From Macrostomum hystrix (taxonomy: Eukaryota; Animalia; Platyhelminthes): 64,000 bases of DNA. Location of the stretch: contig CATNEN010000025.1 in assembly GCA_950097015.1 (NCBI GenBank), forward strand, positions 1,674,001 through 1,738,000. The letters run 5' to 3'. The translations under genes and the position numbers were made by a program. Positions 22,564 through 33,059 of this stretch are shown in pieces. The notes beneath the pieces were generated by a model. It had not been told where the DNA came from, did not search any database, and was given only the letters and a program-made list of their open reading frames with translations. The first letter of the stretch is position 1. Every line of letters starts with the position of its first letter.

Positions 22564-23402
22564 GGACTGGATGTCCTGCAGAGACTTCTAGCTTGCGTAG
22601 AAAAGGTTAATAATTCAAGACTGTTTAATTTAGCTTTCAAAGTTTCTCCTAGAAAGTGTGCTCATATTGTGACTTGAACGTGCTCGAATTAATCAGTCCT
22701 TCTGATCTGGCCTTTGGAAGACAAAAATTTCTATAGCCTGCATTAGTTTCTTATCAGATCAAAGTTGAGCAGGTGAGAGGTTCTGCTCTAGTGTCCACTC
22801 TTAACCTTATCTCAAAGGCGAATTCAACAGTCGGACCTGGCTTCAACCTGTTTAATCTGCTTTTGTGTGTGTCACCGTAGACAACTGGTGGCTAAGTATT
22901 TTTTAGTAGATAGCAGAAAATTTGTGTTAAAAATCCTTAATATAATAACCAAGTTACAACATAGGTGAAAGCTAGCTTATGCCCGATAAATTATCAGCTG
23001 TCCACTATGTCAATGTCGATTTCACTTTCACATGTACGAAAAAGTGGCTATAGTTCGGGCACCATTAGAGTGCAGCTGATCTTTAAACCGATTTAAAAAA
23101 CCATCATTATCTCTTTGAAGCATTTTAATTTAATTGAGTAAAATCAATCCAACTTCTATGCAATATCTTGTCAAAAAAGTGCGTGCTTTCAGACAATAAG
23201 CAAATTGTTTTTAATAGAGAAAAATAAAATAAAATGACAAATGGGCTTCTAAAGCACGGAAAATACAAAACTGATTATGGGCGGAAATACACACATGAAA
23301 TCAACAATGAAACTGAAAACAGCTGCTTGTCGAGTGCTTGTCTATTTAACTATCAATACTCGATACTCTCTACTGTTAGTAGATTCCATTGGGAGTATTG
23401 CA

Positions 23403-26400
23403 TCAGATAATGCTTGTAGCCCGACCACCGTTGCAGCCAGTCGGCAGGAGTGCGTCGCCGCAGACGCCATTGGAAGGCGCCGGGGGCCATTGGGTTAGCA
23501 TCAGCGGACTGGCCTGCCGCTGATACAAGACCGCTGCCGGCGGCTGTCGAACACCAGCCAGAGAGAATTCTGGCATCACTGTTGACGGTCCGCGCACTGT
23601 TGAATAGCCTCCGCCGCTGCCAAGCTGCACTGAAGGCTTGTCCGCGATGCAATTTCCCAGTGTCAGGTAGGAGGTGTCTGTAAATATCAGGCATGTCTGT
23701 AACATCCGGGGGGTGAGTGGCAGAACACGGTTGCCTCTCGCACCAAGGTCCCTGAGTTCGATTCCGCGGCGAGGACACATTCATTTGGGGCGCAGCCGCG
23801 GAGAGAAGGCTTGGTGGCTTGTCGTGCAATTTACGCCCTTGAGGGCCAACCTCCAAGGCACAATTGTACACTGCCTGACGATGAGAAAGTCAGGGCAGAT
23901 GTACACACCTGTGTGAGCGTATGCCTGCGTACGGTATCTGTGTTAATGTGTGCTCAGGAGTCAGCGAAATAGGCAGAATTGCCTCCTCACTGGCTGCGGG
24001 TCTAGTGTCACCGAATGATGTGCCATTGCGAGCAGCCCTCCTGCAATAATAATTATGATATTATTCATATTATGTCAGTGCATCAGCTGGAAACTGCTGG
24101 GCATCACGTGACGCGGTGAAAAAACAATTAATTACCCGCGAAAGTATAGGATTTGGCTCCTTCTGGAGAGAGTCGTTGGGTAGCAAACAACAGCTGCTGC
24201 TGCTGCTGCTGCTGCTGCTGTGGTGAGCAGTGCAACAGAGTTCCGACAAAGTCGCCGTTGCCATCGTGCATTGTAGAAGCAGCAGGCGTGGCATCATCAG
24301 CCACGGAGGACGTTGGCACCGGTTTGCCGCGATCTGAAATCGAACAGTTTTTTTTGGCGAACAAGGTAAATAGGCAAAGCGAGGGAGTTTTTTGGCGCCT
24401 AAGCAATGAGGAGAAGTCAAATGTAAGAATAACAGGCGATAAGATTAAGAACTTCACTGTGCGATTGTTTGCACTTGGCTTCTAGGAGAGCAAATAGGCA
24501 CCCAGAACCCCACAGCCAGCATTTATTTGTGTTTGCCTGCCACCAGCCTTTTTGTATATTATTTATGCTGAGACAACCAAATGCTTTTTCTATTTCTTGT
24601 AAAGGTTTTCTGTATTGTATCTTGGAATGAGAGCTAACTGAGCGTGCCAGTCTGAGGAGAGTGAGTGCCTGTCTGAGGAGAGTGAGTGCCTGTCTGAGGA
24701 GAGTGAGTGCCTGTCTGAGGAGAGTGAGTGCGAGTCTGAGGAGAGTGAGTGCGAGTCTGAGTAGAGTGAGTGCGAGTCTGAGGAGAGTGAGTGCGAGTCT
24801 GAGGAGAGTGAGTGCGAGTCTGAGGAGAGTGAGTGCGAGTCTGAGGAGAGTGAGTGCGAGTCTGAGGAGAGTGAGTGCGAGTCTGAGGAGAGTGAGTGCG
24901 AGTCTGAGGAGAGTGAGTGCCAGTCTGAGGAGAGTGAGTGCCAGTCTGAGGAGAGTGAGTGCCTGTCTGAGGAGAGTGAGTGCGAGTCTGAGGAGAGTGA
25001 GTGCGAGTCTGAGGAGAGTGAGTGCGAGTCTGAGGAGAGCGAGTGCGAGTCTGAGGAGTCTCAGGAGAGTGAGTGCCAGTCTGAGGAGAGTGAGTGCCAG
25101 TCTGAGGAGTCTCAGGAGAGTGAGTGCCAGTCTGAGGAGAGTGAGTGCCAGTCTGAGGAGAGTGAGTGCCAGTCTGAGGAGAGTGAGTGCCAGTCTGAGG
25201 AGAGTGAGTGCGAGTCTGAGGAGAGTGAGTGCCAGTCTGAGGAGAGTGAGTGCGAGTCTGAGGAGAGTGAGTGCGAGTCTGAGGAGAGTGAGTGCGAGTC
25301 TGAGGAGAGTGAGTGCGAGTCTGAGGAGAGTGAGTGCCAGTCTGAGGAGAGTGAGTGCCAGTCTGAGGAGAGTGAGTGCCTGTCTGAGGAGAGTGAGTGC
25401 GAGTCTGAGGAGAGTGAGTGCGAGTCTGAGGAGAGTGAGTGCGAGTCTGAGGAGAGTGAGTGCCAGTCTGAGGAGAGTGAGTGCCAGTCTGAGGAGAGTG
25501 AGTGCCTGTCTGAGGAGAGTGAGTGCGAGTCTGAGGAGAGTGAGTGCGAGTCTGAGGAGAGTGAGTGCGAGTCTGAGGAGAGTGAGTGCCAGTCTGAGGA
25601 GAGTGAGTGCCAGTCTGAGGAGAGTGAGTGCCTGTCTGAGGAGAGTGAGTGCGAGTCTGAGGAGAGTGAGTGCGAGTCTGAGTAGAGTGAGTGCGAGTCT
25701 GAGGAGAGTGAGTGCGAGTCTGAGGAGAGTGAGTGCGAGTCTGAGGAGAGTGAGTGCCAGTCTGAGGAGAGTGAGTGCCAGTCTGAGGAGAGTGAGTGCC
25801 TGTCTGAGGAGAGTGAGTGCGAGTCTGAGGAGAGTGAGTGCGAGTCTGAGGAGAGTGAGTGCGAGTCTGAGGAGAGTGAGTGCGAGTCTGAGTAGAGTTA
25901 GTGCCTGTCTGAGGAGAGCGAGTGCTAGTCTGAGTAGAGTTAGTGCCTGTCTGAGTAGAGTTAGCGCCTGTCTGAGGAGAGCGAGTGCTAGTCTGAGTAG
26001 AGTTAGTGCCTGTCTGAGTAGAGTTAGCGCCTGTCTGAGGAGAGCGAGTGCTAGTCTGAGTAGAGTTAGTGCCTGTCTGAGGAGAGCGAGTGCTAGTCTG
26101 AGTAGAGTTAGTGCCTGTCTGAGGAGAGCGAGTGCTAGTCTGAGTAGAGTTAGTGCCTGTCTGAGTAGAGTTAGTGCCTGTCTGAGGAGAATAAGTGAGA
26201 GTCTGAGGAGAGCGAGTGTCAGCCTGAGGAGAGCGAGTGTCAGTCTCAGGAGAGTGAGTCCTCACGATATTCGCCTCCTCGCCGTCCTCCGTTGCGTTTT
26301 CGCCGCCGAGCCAAACAGTAGAAAACAAGAGCGCTTGTGAACAGCAGCAGCAGCAGCAGCATGGCAGCACTGCCCAGCCACACGGTTGTGGAGCCCTTTA

Positions 26401-29400
26401 ACAGGCCAATGACGTCGCCCTCTGAGTCGCCAGTGCGCACTCGCAGCGACTCGGTGTACACAGCCGAGGCTGCTCCGTTGAGCATAACCACCCGAATCTC
26501 GTACATGGCGCCGCGTTTCAGGTTGTCAATAAGCAGCCAGCGCCGACGGGACTCGTGTTTCGTCTCCAGCCACGTGTCGGCAGACGGAACGCCGGAGTCG
26601 GCCAGCGGACGGTACTGAACGTAGAAGGCTCGCATGCGGGCTGGCGGCGAAGCCACCGATACATTTAACGCCTGACTGCCAACCGGAGCAGCCGACGTTG
26701 CCGACGCTGCAGCCGCAACCGGAGCGGAATTCGGCGGCGCCGTGCGGGCGTCCAGAAATACCGCCTCACCTTCACCGGTAGCGGTGCGGGCGCGAATGTA
26801 CACCCGATAGTTGGTGTTAGGCGACAGGCCGGCTACAGAGCCACGAAGCTGAGATGGATCATTGATGGGAGGCGCCGCGAACAGCGGACCCATCGAAAGG
26901 CCGACCACTTCCCTGTAGGAGAGCTGATAGCCAACCACTCGACCGTTCGGTTCCCGCGGTGGCAGCCAGTCAAACTCGAGGTGGCTGGCGCCGGTGAGCG
27001 AGAGCACGAACTCGCCCACCTGTCCAGGCGTACCCTCTGGAGTGCGAAAGTCCAACGGCTGGCTGGGCGGGCCCGAGTGTCTCAGGTTCAGCAGGTGCAG
27101 CCAGACGCGGATGTTGGCAAAGCCGGGCAGACCGGTGAGATGGTTCTCAAACTGCACCGGGCGAGGCTCGGTAGACGACTCAGCGGAATCTGCCAGAGCG
27201 CCCGACTCGGACGGCACGCGGTAGATGAAATCCTGAAATCGAGTCGGGCTCAGACAGCCGTTGTTGCCGCCCTCCGCAGTCACATTCAGCTGGGCGACAG
27301 TGCACCAAACAGCGCGAAATCCGCGGTAGAAGCCGCGAACCCGCGGGTCTCTCGACGGGTCGCGGTCGAGACTCCAGGACAGGCGGGCAACGCTCCAGGC
27401 CGACCAATCAGTGGAGGCCACGCGCAGATAGCTGGGCGACACCGTTGGCGGCAGCTCGCCGGAGCGTCCGACAGCTTCCGGCGGAGCACTGGAGGCCGCT
27501 TCTCCGTGCATGTTAGCGGCGCGAATTTGGACCCGATACTTCCGGTACGTCTCCACTGATCGGATTTCGTCCTTCCAGGCGAGCTCCGACAGTTCGATTC
27601 GCGACTTGCTGGCATCGCCGACAATCGTTTCGTTGACCTCATCAGCTCGCGTCGCTTGACAATCGAGACACTGGATGCGCAGGATGTACCGCAAGCCGTC
27701 ACCGCCGTACTCGAGTGGCGTCAGGGGCTCCCAAGAGACAGCCAGGCAGCCGGCGACGCTTCCAGCCTCGACGCGCAGACCTCCGGGATGCCGAGCCGGT
27801 CGCGTCGGCGCCAATCGACACGCGGCACCGGCGCGGACCGCCTCGGATGCCTGGCCGGCACCCACCGCGTTGACACCGCGCACGCGGAATGTGTAGTCGA
27901 GTCCTGGACGCAAAAGTACTCGGGCCGACTCGCGCACACTGTCGCTCTGATCACGGAGAACCTCGGCTGGAAGCCAGTCTCCACTGCTGGAATACTGAGT
28001 CGCGAACTCAACTGTGTAGCGCTGTATCGGCGAGTTATTTTCTGGCGCCGGCGGCCAGGTTAGTTGCGCTGAAGCGGATGTCACCGTGTTGCGCGTCGAG
28101 CAGTCGACCCGCGGCGCCGACGGCGGAGCTCCAGGTCGGCCGAGTATGAGCAGCTCCGTGGTGCGACTGTCCGAGTCCAAGCCATTGTCGGCGGAGCAGG
28201 TGTACGACCCGGAGTCGGCCGGTGCTGTCGAGACGATCGTTAGTTCGATTTGACCTGGCTCCGGAGCTCTCACCGCTGCTGCCTTCAACGGTCGACCGTC
28301 GCGCAGCCAGCTGACTGTGAGTCGCGGCCTTTCAGCCGGGTCGGTGTCGGCCCGGCAGTCCAGCCGCACCGGGGTGCCCTCGGCTACTTGCAACTGTTTG
28401 GGTGGCGGCATTGTTATGCGAGTGGCCATTCGCACCGTCAGCTGGCCCACAGCTGTGTCAGCGCCGAACTTGTTGATAACCCGGCATCGGTAGGCTCCGG
28501 AGTCACGCGTCTCCAGGCCGCGGATGAATAGGTCGCCGCTCTCCTGAACCTCCAGACGGCTGCTGTCCAACGGTCGGTCGTCTACTGTCCATGCTACAGT
28601 CGGCTTCGGAGCGGTGAAAGCACGGCACGGGATGCGCAGATCCGAGCCCGCCGGGGCCACCAGACGGCCGGGAGGCTGCATTATTACCGGCGGCTCCCAG
28701 ACCACGCGCAGGTAGGCGTTGGCGAAGACGTAGCCGTAGCGGTTGCTGCTGTTGCACTGGACTACCAGCGAGTCGACGCGGCTCAGGTTGGCAAACAGCA
28801 GCCGTTGGCCGACCTGCCTGGCCCGGCCGTCCAGCTCAGCCGGCTGGCCGTTCACCAGCCAGCTCGGCAGGCCTTCGGAGGCGGCAGTTCGACAGGCGAA
28901 CGAATGCGACTCGCCTTCGGCCACGACGACGCTGGCTGGCGCCTCCAGCCAGCTGGGCGGACTAGCCACCGAGACTTCGAAGCTGCCGCTGCTGTTACCC
29001 GTCACCGCTTTGACATTATCGACTTCGCCAACGCATCGATAGCCGCCGGAGTGTTTGTCGGCCCTGGCATTCAAAAGTTGCAGTCTGGTGTTCGATTCCA
29101 GTAGGCGAAACAGTTCGCCAGAAGCCAGCTCCAGAGAGCTGCCGTCGGTGCGCGTCCAGCTGATGTTGGGCGTTGGCAGACCGGCGAAGAAGCAGAACAG
29201 ATCGGCGGAGGTCTGGTTCTTCAGCAGCACCGGCCTCGGCTGGCTCTGCGACATCAGCTGGGCCGCCGGTCGCCGACTTCGCAGCTGGCGCAGCCGATAT
29301 CCGTCGTCAGGCTCTACCAGCAGCCGGTAGGCGGCGCCCTCCACCGTGCGTCTGACAATGTCGTTCCTGGCGCCGCACTGATAGACGGCGTCACCGTCGC

Positions 29401-30241
29401 TAGGCAACAGGTTGGCGAACAGCAGCGATCCGTCGGACGGGTCGATGGCCACCCGGTTGGACACTGGCGGGGTGCTCATTCGGCCCGCGGCGCCGTCGTC
29501 GATCCGGTGCCAGAGGACGGTGGCTGGCGGCAGCGAGGCGGGCGGTCGGCACGGCAGTCGGAGACTCTCGCCCTCGTTGCGCTTCACCAGCGTCGGCTTA
29601 CGCGGCACTCGGGGAAACGGCGCCAGCGAGGCCAGGCTGAAGGACGTCCTGACGGTGACGGCTGTGCCGAGGCTGTTGGCGGCGAAGCACTGATAGTCGC
29701 CTTGGTCTGCCGGGGAAGCCGACGCCAGGAAGAGAGGTGCTCCGACATTCGTGTCGGTGGCTGAGAGTTTTGTTACATTGCCTACTGGCGCTCCGTTAAG
29801 TCTCCACCAGTAGGTCAGTGGTTCGAGTCCAGAAGCCAACGCGACGCAGTCTAGTCGCACCGGCTCGCCCGGAGCCACAACAAGCCGCATTGGCGGCTGT
29901 TTCACGATGATCGGCGGCAGCTGGATCTGCGGCGAGGTCACCGACGCGCCTGAAAAGTATGATCACTTATTGGCTTGCTCACATTAAATTTATTGATTAT
30001 TGAGTTCATGATAACTGGGATTATCCAGTAAATTTGGGAGTAAATATACCTGAATCGCTTCTCGCTAATCTCACTTATCGCTTAGAATATTAGGCTAATA
30101 GTAGGATTCCAAGAAGTGAGTAATTTTATTCTGATGCTCTCGGAATTGCTAACCTGATTCTCAGTTCTCAATCTACTCACCGCAGTTCGCCAGCAGTTCC
30201 AGGAGGTGCAGCACTATCAGAACGGTGGTGACCTCAGCCAT
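23403..30241 (-). CDS. L1/neuroglian/NrCAM-family cell adhesion molecule (6 Ig + 5 FN3 + TM + cytoplasmic tail), about 1405 aa; exons 30241-30181, 29949-26266, 24333-24136, 23677-23403
   Basis: Signal exon MAEVTTVLIVLHLLELLANC-G|GTGAGT joins in phase 1 to a 3684-nt exon with six Ig domains (e.g. GDYQCFAANSLG, YRCRVINKFG, YTCSADNGLD), five FN3 domains, a TM segment and RRRKRNGGRRGGEY (L1-type juxtamembrane GGxY). Both downstream exons are phase-1 compatible. The tail exons are less certain than the ectodomain. Confidence 0.9.
23707..24055 (+). mobile_element. tRNA-derived SINE, family 2, full-length copy (in the last intron of the L1-like gene, antisense)
   Basis: A-box-like GGTGAGTGGCAGAACACGG, B box GAGTTCGATTCC, body shared with 2511-2770 and 18462-18603, and an (AAT)n tail. 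Confidence 0.78.
24645..26258. repeat. 21-bp minisatellite in the L1-like post-TM intron, about 75 copies
   Basis: Unit GTCTGAGGAGAGTGAGTGCGA (minus strand TCGCACTCACTCTCCTCAGAC). Confidence 0.97.
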
Positions 30242-31499
30242 CGGTCAGCTCAAGTTGAGTTGTACTCTGACCGAGTCTGCAAGTTACGAGATGTCAACAG
30301 ATTGCTCAACTCATTTAGATTCTACTAGTATAGTAAATTTTCCCCATCTCAAATTGACTTTGACATCTCAAATTCTCGTGAGCTCAAGAGCCGTCAAAGA
30401 GTTAAATATGTTTTACACAGACGCAACATTTTCACAACAGCCAACACTCTTGAGCCTCTTCACTTCTCTCTCTCTCAAGGCTGAGCATGAGATGTGAACA
30501 ATTAGTAATCTCAACAACTATTCTCAACCTGGTCTCCAGTTTATTTTGTTGTTGACAGGCCGTGCTGGTTTGAGCTCATGGGCGGAGCGCGCGGAGGGGG
30601 TAGGTTGGCCCACGAGAGAGCACGGGTTGTCTATCACACCTTGCAGCCAATTAAGCCTTCTGCCACATCAGCTGGCTGGCTGGCTGGCTGGCTGGAGGCG
30701 AAATTGGACCTCCGTGTACAGAGTAGACTCAGCCTTATAGACTCAATTTCTACCTCTCGTGATAGTAGCAAGTAATAGGACGGTGAGTGGCGCGTCACAC
30801 TTTGGGGTTGCAACCACTTTCACTTCAATCGTCTATTGCATCCAATTTTTTTTCACTTTCATTCCCTAAGCTAAGGAAGGAATAGGTGGAAAAAAATTGC
30901 CCAGCCTTACTTTTTGGAGAGAGAGAGAGAGGAGGAGGAGGGGAGGAGAGAGGGGAGAAATGTCACCGACTCCCCCGACATGAAGTCAACCAGCTCCAAG
31001 TTCCGCCTCGAAAGCCTTAAGAAGAAAGAACAGCAGTTGCTGGGCGGAGGACTGGGGATGGCTGCTTACAGGATACATGAGACTTATCCCGCAGCCGTCT
31101 CGCTGCTTTTATTGTCAAACTGAAAGGAATGAATATTCACAGCAGGCGGACCCCGGGCCTCAGTGCATTGACACCACTGCTTTGTTGCCATCCACCCATT
31201 TATCCATTTCTCTTGCTTTCACTCTCTCTCTCTATTTCTTCCTAAATTGGGAATAAAAGTTCAAAGTCAGAGGTTTAAGATGCCAATTTTTTCTTTAGAT
31301 TGTTTCGTTAAAAATTGCAGCTTTATGGCACCAGTTGGGCATGTGACTATAACACCTGGGTACTAGGAACTCCGCCTGTTGTAAATTAATGCACTTTCTA
31401 CCTCAGAACACGCAGCGCTATTGTAATTACTATTGTATCCTACAGAACTAATCTGCCACTGTGTCCATCTATCTACCTGGCTCACCTGCTTGCCCTGAA

Positions 31500-32112
31500 A
31501 ATCTATCTACAATCGAATCTAGAGATCTAACTGTCAAATATAGAGATCTATGTGCCAAATCAAGAGATATAACTGACAAATCTAGCGATCTACCTGTTGA
31601 ATCTAGAGATCTAATTTCCAAATCTAGAGATCTACCTGCCAAATCTAGAGATTTATCTGCCAAATCTAGAGATCTACCTGTTGAATCTAGAGATCTAATT
31701 TCCAAATCTAGAGATCTACCTGCCAAATCTAGCGATCGACCTGCCAAATCTAGAGATCTAATTGCCAAATCTAGAGATCTACCTGCCAAGTCTAGAGATA
31801 TACCTGCCAAATCTAGAGATCTACCTGCCAAATCTAGAGGTCTACCTGCCAAATCTAGAGATCTAATTGCCAAATCTAGAGATCTAATAGCCAAATCTAA
31901 AGATCTACCTGCCAAGTCTAGAGATCTAATTGCCAAATCGAAAGATCTACCTGCCAAGTCTAGAGATCTAATTGCCAAATCCAGAGATCTATCTGCCAAA
32001 TCTAAAGATCTAATTGCCAAATCTAAAGATCTACCTGCCAAATCTAAAGATCTACCTGCCAAGTCTAGAGATCTAATTGCCAAATCTAGAGATCTACCGG
32101 TCAAATCTAGAA
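31500..32112. repeat. 21-bp minisatellite
   Basis: Unit AAATCTAGAGATCTACCTGCC, with overlapping TCTAGA and AGATCT palindromes. Confidence 0.95.
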
Positions 32113-32761
32113 ATCTTCCATCAGGACTGCAAATCTATCTGCCTTATCTCAATACCTACCAGCACATGAACCGACCCATGTAGATTTCGCAGCCTATCCG
32201 TGCTCCCAGAATAAAAATTGAAAATTTTTTCGTTCTTTCGTTAGAATGACGTCGAAGGATTCAACGTCAGTCAGTCTGTAGTCTGCCGCAGCCGATGGAT
32301 TACCGTCGGATTAAGGTTCGAGGAGGGTGAGGCACGGCAAGTTATTGCGAGTGAGTCAGACAGACTGCAAGCCTTGCGATGGCTTGGAAATCCGATGCGA
32401 ACAGGTGCCCAAAACTACAGATTTTAGTCTGGCTTCTCCAAACTCTACCTTGCCTTTCTCCCTCCCTCTCCCTGACCGCTCAACTCCTTCTTCGCATCGT
32501 CTGAGCGCCATATTTGATGACTCAACCTCACAGCTGACTTAAACATCAACTCAAATCTGCAGTGAGCAGTGGGCCTGCAGATTAATTTTACTCATTCTTC
32601 AGACAGCGTATGGCCAACTAAATGAGAAGGCGTGCTCAATTTATCTCGGCCGTAGGTGCATTGGGTGAGATAACTAATAAGCTGCCAACTAAGAGCCGGC
32701 ATGACAACAACCTGGACCTCTATCGTGAAAGGGATGGAGCCAAAGGGAGAATGCATAATGA

Positions 32762-33030
32762 TAGTTCGGGGAAGAACGATTCGGGGGAGAAAGATTCAAG
32801 GAAAAACGATTCGGGGGAGAAAGATTCGGGGAAGAACGATTCGGGGGAGAAAGATTCGGAGAAGAACGATTCGGGGGAGAAAGATTCAGGGAAGAACGAT
32901 TCGGGGAAGAAAGATTCGGGGGAAAAAGATTCCGGGAAGAAAGACTCGGGGGAAGAAAAATTCGGGGGAAAAAGATTCCGGGAAGAAAGATTCGGGGGAA
33001 GAAAGATTCGGGGGAGAACGATTCGGGGGA
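32762..33030. repeat. 15-bp G-rich minisatellite
   Basis: Unit GATTCGGGGGAGAAA / GATTCGGGGAAGAAC. Confidence 0.92.
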
Positions 33031-33059
33031 AGAGAGTGGAGGGAAAAATATATTGGAGG

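Noticed and set aside
23874-23972. Hammerhead ribozyme core (CTGACGA...GAAA) in SINE family 2; also CTGATGAG at about 7508
   Set aside because: No properly closed stem II lies between the core motifs, and the CTGACGA motif is not kept in the third copy.
16332-29764. Antisense and alternative-frame ORFs over the ZDHHC, IR-like and L1-like exons
   Set aside because: These are shadow ORFs expected from GC-rich coding sequence and have no recognisable motifs.
30914-31123. Short + strand ORF (MKSTSSKF...)
   Set aside because: It starts in a GA-rich tract, has no motif, and lies in the presumed 5' region of the L1-like gene.
31486-31494. 9-nt microexon (TTTTCAG|GGCAAGCAG|GTGAGC, minus strand) resembling L1-family microexons
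   Set aside because: It lies upstream of the signal-peptide ATG and is a degenerate edge unit of the 21-bp array, so chance is likely.
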